This document shows, piece after piece, positions 28,170 to 36,027 of a stretch of DNA of 64,000 nt. The first letter of the stretch is position 1. Each line of letters begins with the position of its first letter. The position numbers and the translations under genes are program-made. The DNA is taken from contig DASQGY010000037.1 of NCBI GenBank assembly GCA_035632375.1, positions 5,610 to 69,609 on the forward strand, in the 5' to 3' direction. The DNA comes from Bryobacteraceae bacterium. Its GTDB lineage: Bacteria; Acidobacteriota; Terriglobia; Bryobacterales; Bryobacteraceae. Below the pieces are notes generated by a model. It worked only from the letters and a program-made list of their open reading frames with translations. It made no database searches and was not told the DNA's origin.

Positions 28170-29579
28170 ATGACGTACTACTGGAAGCCGATCGTTATCG
28201 TGCTGGCGCTGGCCGCCGCCGCGTTTGCTCAGAATTACGACATCGTGCTGGCGAACGGTCGGGTGATGGATCCGGAATCGAATCTGGACGCGGTACGCAA
28301 CGTGGGAATTCGCGGGGGCCGGATCGCCGCCGTGTCCGAAGCGCCGCTCACGGGCCGTGTGGTTGTGGACGTCAAGGGTCTGGTGGTGACCGCCGGATTC
28401 ATCGATCTTCATTCGCACGGCCAGACTCCGGAGAACTACGGATTCAAGGCGCGTGATGGCGTCACCACGGCGCTGGAGCTGGAGGTGGGCGTAAATCCGG
28501 TGGCGGCGTGGTACGCGGCGCGCGAGGGCCGGGCGCAGGTGAACTTCGGTGCGACCTCCGGGCACATTCCGTCGCGCATGTTCGTGATGCACGATACCGG
28601 ACGTCTTTTGCCGCGCGATTCGGCGGCGAACAACATTGCGTCGCCAGAAGAGCGCAAGCAGATTTTCGAGCTGGTGCGGCAAGGCCTGGACGAGGGCGCA
28701 TTGGGAATCGGGCTGGGCATCGCGTACGTGCCCAAGGCGAGCCGCGAAGAAATTCTGGAACTGTTCCAACTGGCGGGGCAACGCCGTACGCCGATCTACG
28801 TACACATGCGCAATGGCGGGCCGGTGGAGCCCGGCGCGATCGACGCATTGCAGGAGATGATCGCCGACGCGGCTTCTACCGGTGCGCCGCTGCATATCGT
28901 TCACATCACCAGCATGGGGCTGCGGCAAACGGCGATTTGCCTACGCATGATCGCGGGCGCGCGCCAGCGAGGGTTGGATGTCACCACGGAAGCGTATCCC
29001 TACACCGCGGGCATGACCGATCTTTCGTCGGCCATCTTCGACGAGGGCTGGCAGGCGCGGCAAGGCGGGATGACTTACGCCGATCTGCAATGGGCCGCCA
29101 CTGGCGAGCGTCTCACAGCCGAGACTTTTGCGCGCTATCGCAAGCAGGGCGGCATGGTGGCCATCCATAGCATTCCCGAGGAAGTGGTGCGCTTGGCGGT
29201 GGCCGACCCGTCGGTGATGATCGCGAGCGACGGGATTTTGGAAAACGGCAAGGGACATCCGCGCGCGGCAGGTACCTATGCGCGAGTGCTCGGCCGTTAC
29301 GTTCGAGAACAACATGCGCTGTCTTTGATGGACGCGCTGCGCAAGATGAGCCTGCTGCCAGCGCAAAGGCTCGGCATTCAATCGAAAGGCCGGCTGCAGG
29401 TGGGTGCGGATGCCGATATCACGGTGTTTGATCCGGCACGCGTCATCGATCGCGCAGCGTTCGACAATCCGGCGCAATATTCGGAGGGCATTCCATTCGT
29501 GCTTGTAAACGGCTCGTTCGTGGTGAGAGATGGGAAGCTGCAGGAAGGGGTTGCGCCAGGGCGCCCGCTGCGGCGCTAG
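28170..29579 (+). CDS. Secreted D-aminoacylase / N-acyl-D-amino-acid deacylase family amidohydrolase
   Basis: Signal peptide MTYYWKPIVIVLALAAAAFAQ, then YDIVLANGRVMDP...GFIDLHSHG (HxH metal motif), ...VHITSM... and C-terminal GIPFVLVNG. The start is moved to the ATG at 28170. Confidence 0.85.
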   Translation: MTYYWKPIVIVLALAAAAFAQNYDIVLANGRVMDPESNLDAVRNVGIRGGRIAAVSEAPLTGRVVVDVKGLVVTAGFIDLHSHGQTPENYGFKARDGVTTALELEVGVNPVAAWYAAREGRAQVNFGATSGHIPSRMFVMHDTGRLLPRDSAANNIASPEERKQIFELVRQGLDEGALGIGLGIAYVPKASREEILELFQLAGQRRTPIYVHMRNGGPVEPGAIDALQEMIADAASTGAPLHIVHITSMGLRQTAICLRMIAGARQRGLDVTTEAYPYTAGMTDLSSAIFDEGWQARQGGMTYADLQWAATGERLTAETFARYRKQGGMVAIHSIPEEVVRLAVADPSVMIASDGILENGKGHPRAAGTYARVLGRYVREQHALSLMDALRKMSLLPAQRLGIQSKGRLQVGADADITVFDPARVIDRAAFDNPAQYSEGIPFVLVNGSFVVRDGKLQEGVAPGRPLRR

Positions 29580-29839
29580 CTGGCCAACTCATGGATGCGG
29601 AAGCCGTGCTTGTTCATCACCTCGCGAGCCTGCTCCACCGCCTCCGGCAGCACATAAAAGAACGCACCGATACGTTCACTCCGGAATAGGACGCCGCCCA
29701 TGTACTTGTCCGGCTCCACGGCGTACTCGACGCCGTATTCCGTGAGCGCGGATTCCAGGCGCAAGGCGTCCCTCAGCTTCTTGGCGATATAGATCAGGTC
29801 CATCTCGCGATCTTCGAAGAAATCGGCTTCCCGGCGCAT
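29576..29839 (-). CDS. Hypothetical small protein
   Basis: 87-aa ORF with coding-like composition and no recognisable motif. Its stop overlaps the aminoacylase stop (convergent). An alternative start is Met13 (MDLIYIAKK). Confidence 0.45.
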   Translation of the reverse strand: MRREADFFEDREMDLIYIAKKLRDALRLESALTEYGVEYAVEPDKYMGGVLFRSERIGAFFYVLPEAVEQAREVMNKHGFRIHELAS

Positions 29840-29895
29840 GCCGCTTCAATTTTATCAGCAAGAAGAATGACGGATCATCAGAGCAAGTGATTCGA

Positions 29896-30876
29896 CTACA
29901 CGCGTGCGGCGAGCGGCAATACTTTTTCCCGGGTTAGCGGCGCCAGCTCAATCTGGCCGGGCGAGTGAGGATCGAGCCAGAGAATCTCGTCGATTTCGGA
30001 AGCGGCGCTGATTGGACCTATGAGCTCCACTCGGTAGAGTGCCGCTTCCACAACACAGTCTCGTTCGTTCGCCGCCGGAGCCGTGAACGTGCCGAGGAAT
30101 GTGGGGCTGCCGGGCCGTACCGAACATCGCAATTCCTCGCTGAGCTCACGCTCCAAAGCGGCAAGGTGAGATTCCGAATCCCGCATCTTTCCGCCAGGCT
30201 GCATGAACGCTCGCGTTCCTCTCTTGCGGACCAGCAGGACGCGTTGCGCTTCGTCCTGCACCAACGCGGCTACGATCGGAATGACCGTTTGCGGCGGCTC
30301 GGGTGCGTTCGACGCTCGCAGCCATTTCGCCGCGGGCGGGGAATAGTTGCGGAACTCTTTCAGGATCGCCGCGGGCTGCGTATCGAATACCAGCATGGAC
30401 GCGTGCTCGGGACGGAGAAAGCCCTCGCCCGTCATCCGCTCGATCATGTTCCGCAGCGCGTCGAAATAGCCGTTGGTATTCAGGAAACCGCAAGGCTTAT
30501 GGTGGATGCCGAGCTGCGCCCAAGTCCACTGCTCGAAAATCTCCTCCAGGGTGCCGGCTCCGCCGGGCAGAGCGATGAAGCCCTCGGACAGCTCGGCCAT
30601 TCTGGTCTTTCGTTCGTGCATGGTCTCGACGGTGTGGAGTTCGCTGAGGCCAGTATGTTGAATTTCCCGCTCCACAAGCGCCCGCGGCATGACACCAATC
30701 ACCGCGCCACCGGCGGCTAGCGCGGCGTCAGCGAGCGCACCCATCAGGCCGACGCGGCCCCCGCCGTAAATCAAATCGATGTTGTGCGCGGCGAGGGTTC
30801 GCCCCATCTCCTGGGCGGCATTCACATAAAGGGCGTCATTGCCTGAGTTCGAACCACAGAAGACACAGATTCGCAT
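29896..30876 (-). CDS. LOG-family (TIGR00730) nucleotide phosphoribohydrolase fused to a C-terminal Nudix hydrolase domain
   Basis: LOG motifs: MRICVFCGSNSG, YGGGRVGLMG, LPGGAGTLEEIFE. The C-terminal ~130 aa carry a near-canonical Nudix box, GGKMRDSESHLAALERELSEELRC (Gx5Ex7REUxEExxU). Confidence 0.85.
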   Translation of the reverse strand: MRICVFCGSNSGNDALYVNAAQEMGRTLAAHNIDLIYGGGRVGLMGALADAALAAGGAVIGVMPRALVEREIQHTGLSELHTVETMHERKTRMAELSEGFIALPGGAGTLEEIFEQWTWAQLGIHHKPCGFLNTNGYFDALRNMIERMTGEGFLRPEHASMLVFDTQPAAILKEFRNYSPPAAKWLRASNAPEPPQTVIPIVAALVQDEAQRVLLVRKRGTRAFMQPGGKMRDSESHLAALERELSEELRCSVRPGSPTFLGTFTAPAANERDCVVEAALYRVELIGPISAASEIDEILWLDPHSPGQIELAPLTREKVLPLAARV

Positions 30877-30903
30877 GTCGCTTAGTGCTCGCTCGCTCGC
30901 CGC

Positions 30904-31341
30904 TTATTGCATCGCCCGTACCCGCGCCGAAAACGCCTCGTACGCTTTCGGATTGCCCCGATTCATGAAATCGATTGCCGCCTTCGCCACTGTCTCCATG
31001 TTCGCCAGGATCTTCGGATTCTTGGCTGCGGTGCGCCATTCCGGTACGAAGTCGCGCACCTTTTCCCAGACGAACAGCAACTCGTTGCCGCTTTGCAGGA
31101 ACAGCTCCTGATGCAGGACGCCGGAGGTGATGAACGACGCGGCCATTTCCCAATACGTGACCACCATTCGAAAGAAGGCATCGGCTTCCGAGCCCGGCGG
31201 GCACATCGCCTCGCGCTCCGCCATGGTGCTGGCGTGGAACTTGCCGAACCATTTGCGAGCCTCGCGCAGTTTCTCCTCGCGGCGCATGTCGTAGAGCTTC
31301 AGAATCAGATTCACGTCTTCGTAAGTTGCGGGTGTTTCCAT
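30904..31341 (-). CDS. Hypothetical conserved-looking helical protein (145 aa)
   Basis: Start reassigned to METPATYEDVNLILKLYDMRREEKLREARKWF... (complement 31339-31341, preceded by GGAGAG). The longer track ORF (to 31440) runs into the intergenic repeat. Confidence 0.55.
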   Translation of the reverse strand: METPATYEDVNLILKLYDMRREEKLREARKWFGKFHASTMAEREAMCPPGSEADAFFRMVVTYWEMAASFITSGVLHQELFLQSGNELLFVWEKVRDFVPEWRTAAKNPKILANMETVAKAAIDFMNRGNPKAYEAFSARVRAMQ

Positions 31342-31402
31342 ACTCTCCAGTGTAGTTCGGCGGAGAAAATCCACGGGCGGCGCGCACCACATCCTGGGAG
31401 GG

Positions 31403-31498
31403 TTGCTGAAAAAGGCTTGCTTGCAGGCTGGAGGATCCACAGGCTAAAGCCTGTGCTACCTAACTCCTGGTACAGCCTGTGAAAGGCTTTTTCAGCAA
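31403..31498. repeat. Nested palindromic repeat: ~27-nt imperfect inverted arms around the CACAGGC-taaa-GCCTGTG hairpin
   Basis: The left arm TTGCTGAAAAAGGCTTGCTTGCAGGCTG pairs with the right arm CAGCCTGTGAAAGGCTTTTTCAGCAA. The central 23-mer CACAGGCTAAAGCCTGTGCTACC (31438-31460) is identical to 9137-9159. Sits just upstream of dprA. Confidence 0.7.
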
Positions 31499-31513
31499 AC
31501 TCCAAGGACAATC

Positions 31514-32674
31514 GTGCTCGCGCCCACGCTCACTAAAGAAGACGAACTACACTGGCTTGCTCTGCGGCTGATTCCCGGTCTGGGCGCGCGCAAGACCGGC
31601 CAGCTTCTGGAGCGATTTCGCACGCCGCAAGCGATTCTCCAGGCTTCGCGCTCCGAGCTCGAAGCAAGCGGCCTCTCTGGCTCCGTGGCGCAAACCATCG
31701 CCAGCGGGTGCACCTTCGAAGACGCCGTGGACCAGCAGCAGAAGATGCTGGAATCTGCCGCGGCATTGATCCCCATCGCCGACCCCAGGTATCCCGCGCG
31801 CCTCAAAGAGATCTTCGATCCCCCCATCGCCCTATTCGCTCGCGGACGTCTGGATCTGCTGCAATCCATCATGCTGGGCGTAGTGGGCACGCGCCGGCCG
31901 ACGGCTTACGGCACTGCGGCCACCGAGCGCCTGTCGCCCGATCTAGCGCAAGCGGGAATCACCATCGTCAGTGGCATGGCGCGCGGCATCGACACCTCGG
32001 CGCACAGAAGCGTGCTGGCCATCGGCGGCGATACGGTCGCCGTATTTGGCTGCGGCGTCGATCTGGTCTATCCCGCAGAGAACCGTAAACTGGCCGCCGA
32101 GATCGCCGAGAAAGGTCTGCTGCTCTCCGAGTTCCCGATGAGCGCGCCCGCCTACCCGCAGAATTTTCCCATACGGAATCGGGTCATCAGCGGCATGAGC
32201 GTGGGGGTCCTGGTGGTGGAAGGGGCGCAGTATAGCGGCTCGGCCATCACCGCCAGAATGGCCATGGAGCAGCAGCGCGAGGTTTTCGCCGTTCCCGGCA
32301 ACATCACCTCGAAAATGAGCTGGGGCCCCAACCTGCTGATCAAGGAGGGCGCCAAGCTGGTTCAGGAGTGGAACGACGTACTGGTGGAACTCCCGGCGGA
32401 GACCAGGCGAGCGTTGATCGCCAAGGCGCGAGCGCGTTCCGGCCAGATCTCGTTGGAAACACAGGACAACGACACCGCGAATCAGCCCGAAATCAGCCCC
32501 GCCAGCCGTGCCTTACTGGCCAGCGTGAAGCCCGACATCCCCACCCACGTTGACCAACTGATTGAAACTTTTGATACCCTGACACCATCAGAGATAGTTG
32601 CCGGACTGTTCGAGCTGGAGATGCTCGGCTTGGTCAGGCAACTCCCCGGGAAGAACTTTGTTAAAGTGTGGTAG
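31514..32674 (+). CDS. dprA: DNA-processing protein DprA (Smf)
   Basis: DPRYPARLKEIFDPPIALFARG, VVGTRRPTAYG, SGMARGIDTSAH, FPIRNRVISG, and a C-terminal winged-helix-like tail. Classic dprA-topA synteny. GTG start. Confidence 0.92.
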   Translation: MLAPTLTKEDELHWLALRLIPGLGARKTGQLLERFRTPQAILQASRSELEASGLSGSVAQTIASGCTFEDAVDQQQKMLESAAALIPIADPRYPARLKEIFDPPIALFARGRLDLLQSIMLGVVGTRRPTAYGTAATERLSPDLAQAGITIVSGMARGIDTSAHRSVLAIGGDTVAVFGCGVDLVYPAENRKLAAEIAEKGLLLSEFPMSAPAYPQNFPIRNRVISGMSVGVLVVEGAQYSGSAITARMAMEQQREVFAVPGNITSKMSWGPNLLIKEGAKLVQEWNDVLVELPAETRRALIAKARARSGQISLETQDNDTANQPEISPASRALLASVKPDIPTHVDQLIETFDTLTPSEIVAGLFELEMLGLVRQLPGKNFVKVW

Positions 32675-32729
32675 GTTCTAACCATCATCCGAAAACTGTA
32701 AACACTCGTACGGCATCATAAGGGTAACT

Positions 32730-35153
32730 ATGGCAAAATCTCTCGTCATCGTCGAATCGCCGACGAAGGCGAAAACTATCGGGAAATACCTCGGCAAGCA
32801 ATACGTCGTTATGGCTTCGTTGGGACACGTGAAGGATCTTCCGAAGAAGGACCTCGCTGTCGACGTCGAGAAAAACTTCGAGCCGCACTACGAAGTCATC
32901 GAGGGCAAGAAGAAACTCATCTCCGAGCTGAAGGCCGCCGCGAAGGGCATGGAATCCGTGTACCTGGCGGCCGACCCGGATCGCGAAGGCGAGGCCATCT
33001 GCTATCACCTGCAGGAAGAATTGGACGGCGCGAAGAAGGGCGGCCCCAAGTTCTATCGCCTGATGTTCAACGAGATCACCTCCAACGCCATCCACAAGGC
33101 ATTCGAAAAGCCCGGTGTGGTGAACCTGCATCTGGTGGACGCGCAACAGGCGCGCCGCATTCTGGACCGGCTGGTGGGCTACAAGATTTCGCCGCTCCTG
33201 TGGGACAAGGTCCGCCGTGGACTTTCCGCCGGCCGTGTGCAGACGGTCGCGCTGCGCCTCATTGTCGATCGCGAGCGCGAGATCCGCGCGTTCATCAAAC
33301 GCGAGTACTGGACCATCGACGTTCAGCTCAACGCCAAGAAGCCGCCGGTGCTCACTGCGCGGTTCAACAAGAAGGACGACCAGGCGATCGAGATCCCCAG
33401 TGAGACGGAAGCAAAGTCGCTGCTCGATCAGATCGATGGCGCGAAGTACATCGTCCACTCGGTCAGCACGCGCGAGAAAAAGCGGAATCCGGTTGCGCCG
33501 TTTATTACCTCCACTTTGCAGCAGGAATCGTCGCGCAAGCTGCGGTTCAGCGTGAAGCGTACCATGATGCTGGCGCAGCGGCTGTACGAAGGCATGGAGG
33601 TCGGCACCGAAGGTTCGGTGGGGTTGATCACCTACATGCGAACCGATTCCACGCGCGTTTCGGCCGACGCGCTGGAAGATGTACGCGGCTTGATTAAGGA
33701 CCGCTTTGGTCCGCAGTTCTGTCCCGAGTCCCCCAACATCTATAAGAGCAAGAAGGACGCACAGGATGCGCACGAAGCCATCCGTCCCTCCTCGGCGCGG
33801 CGCACCCCGGAAGACATGGCGCCGTATCTGCAGGAAGATGAGCTCAAGCTCTACCGGCTGATCTGGATGCGCTTCGTGGCGTCACAAATGCCGCCCGCTG
33901 TATTCGATCAAACGACGATCGATGTCGCCGCCAAGGGCAAGGACGGCTCGACATACATGTTCCGGGCAACCGGCAGCGTGCCCAAATTCAAGGGCTTCTT
34001 AGAAGTCTACGAAGAAGGCAAGGATCAGAAGGACGAAGACGACGAGGAGTTGAAGCATCGTCTGCCGCTGGTGGCCGAGGGCGAAGAGTTGAAGTTCAAG
34101 GCCATCGGACCCGAGCAGCATTTCACCGAACCACCGCCGCGCTTCAACGAGGCCACGCTGGTGAAGGAGCTGGAAGCCGATGGCGTGGGCCGCCCGTCCA
34201 CCTATGCGTCCATCCTTTCCACCATTCAGGAACGCGAATACGTGAAGAAGGAAGGCGGCAAGTTTGTACCTACCGAGTTGGGAATGGTGGTGACCGACCT
34301 GTTGCTCGAGAGCTTTGAAGACCTCTTCGATGTGAAGTATACGGCTCGCATGGAAGAGAAGATGGACGAAATCGAAGAAGGCAAGATGGATTGGCGCGAG
34401 GCCATGTCCGAGTTCTACGAGCGGTTCCAGAAGGACCTGGAGCACGCCGAGCGGCACATGACCGACATCAAGCGCATGGAGGAGCCCACCGGCGAGAATT
34501 GCGAGAAGTGCAGCAAGCCGATGGTGATCAAGTGGGGCAGGTTCGGAAAGTTCATCGCTTGTTCCGGCTATCCGGAGTGTTCGAACACACGCGAGCTTGC
34601 GCCCGATCCAGCGAGCGCCGAAGGGGTCACCGAGCAGGACGCCGAGGAATACTGCGAGAATTGCGGCCGCCCCATGGTCCTGAAGAAGGGCCGCTTCGGC
34701 CAGTTCTACGCTTGTTCCGGTTATCCGGATTGCAAGACCACCAAACAGATCGGCGGCACGCAGAAGAAGAGCGATGTACCGCTGGATGAAAAATGCCCGC
34801 AGTGCGGCAACAATCTGGTGCTGAAGAACGGGCGCTTCGGCGAATTCACCGCTTGCAGCAATTACCCCAAGTGCAAATTCGTCAAGCAGAAGACCATCGG
34901 CGTACCCTGTCCGAATTGTTCCGAGGGACAAGTGGTGGAGCGGCGGTCCAAGCGCGGCAAGACCTTCTACGGATGCAGCCGCTATCCCGAATGCGACTTC
35001 GTTGCATGGGGCAAGCCGATGCCGGAGAAATGCCCCGAGTGCGGTGGCGGCTACTTGATCGAGAAGTGGCTCAAGGCTGGCCCGGTGGCGCAATGCCCCA
35101 ACGCGGAGTGCAAGTACAAGCGGCCGCTGCCGCAGGTGGAAGCTACGGCGTAA
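32730..35153 (+). CDS. topA: DNA topoisomerase I
   Basis: TOPRIM N-terminus (LVIVESPTKAKTIGKYLG, LAADPDREGEAI), the active-site region ITYMRTDS, and four C-terminal CxxC...CxxC zinc ribbons. Confidence 0.97.
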   Translation: MAKSLVIVESPTKAKTIGKYLGKQYVVMASLGHVKDLPKKDLAVDVEKNFEPHYEVIEGKKKLISELKAAAKGMESVYLAADPDREGEAICYHLQEELDGAKKGGPKFYRLMFNEITSNAIHKAFEKPGVVNLHLVDAQQARRILDRLVGYKISPLLWDKVRRGLSAGRVQTVALRLIVDREREIRAFIKREYWTIDVQLNAKKPPVLTARFNKKDDQAIEIPSETEAKSLLDQIDGAKYIVHSVSTREKKRNPVAPFITSTLQQESSRKLRFSVKRTMMLAQRLYEGMEVGTEGSVGLITYMRTDSTRVSADALEDVRGLIKDRFGPQFCPESPNIYKSKKDAQDAHEAIRPSSARRTPEDMAPYLQEDELKLYRLIWMRFVASQMPPAVFDQTTIDVAAKGKDGSTYMFRATGSVPKFKGFLEVYEEGKDQKDEDDEELKHRLPLVAEGEELKFKAIGPEQHFTEPPPRFNEATLVKELEADGVGRPSTYASILSTIQEREYVKKEGGKFVPTELGMVVTDLLLESFEDLFDVKYTARMEEKMDEIEEGKMDWREAMSEFYERFQKDLEHAERHMTDIKRMEEPTGENCEKCSKPMVIKWGRFGKFIACSGYPECSNTRELAPDPASAEGVTEQDAEEYCENCGRPMVLKKGRFGQFYACSGYPDCKTTKQIGGTQKKSDVPLDEKCPQCGNNLVLKNGRFGEFTACSNYPKCKFVKQKTIGVPCPNCSEGQVVERRSKRGKTFYGCSRYPECDFVAWGKPMPEKCPECGGGYLIEKWLKAGPVAQCPNAECKYKRPLPQVEATA

Positions 35154-35174
35154 GATTAAACTTACTCGCCGTTC

Positions 35175-35909
35175 ATGCCGCAAGCCGACTACGGTATCGA
35201 CGCTCCCAAGCTGGTCAAGCGATTCGCCGTTCGCGGGGGTCTGCTGATGATCTTCGCCGCAATCCTGTTTCTGGCCAATCGCAACACCAGCCCGGGTGCC
35301 GCGAACGCGCTCTCCAGCATGCTGCTGGCGGTAGGGGTGGCGTTCACGGTCACTTCCGTGGTTATGCTGTGGAGCAGCCGTGTCGGCAAGCTCAAGCTCC
35401 GCGACCGGATTCTCGATGGCCTTCCCTGGCGAGGCGATGAAAACGTCCTGGACGTTGGCTGTGGCCGCGGTCTGCTGCTGATTGGCGCCGCCAAGCGGCT
35501 GAAAAAGGGCAAGGCTACGGGCGTCGACATTTGGAACGCAGACCACCTCTCCGGCAACAGCGCGGATGCCACGCTGGCCAACGCCAAAGCCGAGGGCGTG
35601 GCCGACCGAATCAAGATCGAAAACGCCGACGCCCGCAAGCTCCCCTTCGGCGCGAATAGTTTCGATATCGTGCTCTCCAGTCTGGCCATTCACAACATCC
35701 CGCAGAGTACGGAGCGCGCCAAGGCGTTGCGGGAGATCGCGCGCGTCCTGAAACCGGGCGGCCGCGTGGTGATCTACGATATCTTTCACACTGCCGAGTA
35801 TGCGAAGTCCTTTGAAGACCTCGGCTTAGCTGATGTGAAACTCTCCGGCTACCGTTTCCTCTGGTGCGTCCCCTCCCGCTCCGTCAGCGCGACCAAGCCT
35901 GCGGTATAG
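35175..35909 (+). CDS. Membrane-anchored class I SAM-dependent methyltransferase
   Basis: Two N-terminal TM helices, then SAM motif I VLDVGCGRGLLLIG and the post-I/II motifs FDIVLSSLAIHNI and LKPGGRVVIYD. Confidence 0.8.
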   Translation: MPQADYGIDAPKLVKRFAVRGGLLMIFAAILFLANRNTSPGAANALSSMLLAVGVAFTVTSVVMLWSSRVGKLKLRDRILDGLPWRGDENVLDVGCGRGLLLIGAAKRLKKGKATGVDIWNADHLSGNSADATLANAKAEGVADRIKIENADARKLPFGANSFDIVLSSLAIHNIPQSTERAKALREIARVLKPGGRVVIYDIFHTAEYAKSFEDLGLADVKLSGYRFLWCVPSRSVSATKPAV

Positions 35910-36027
35910 ACCGAATTGTAGCGATGAACGTTGGTTTTCGCAGTTGTGTCTGCACATTATAGCCCTTAGTCCTCGTCTTTCCCGCTATACTACTTGAGAA
36001 GATTTCACAACTCAGGACGGTTTAACC

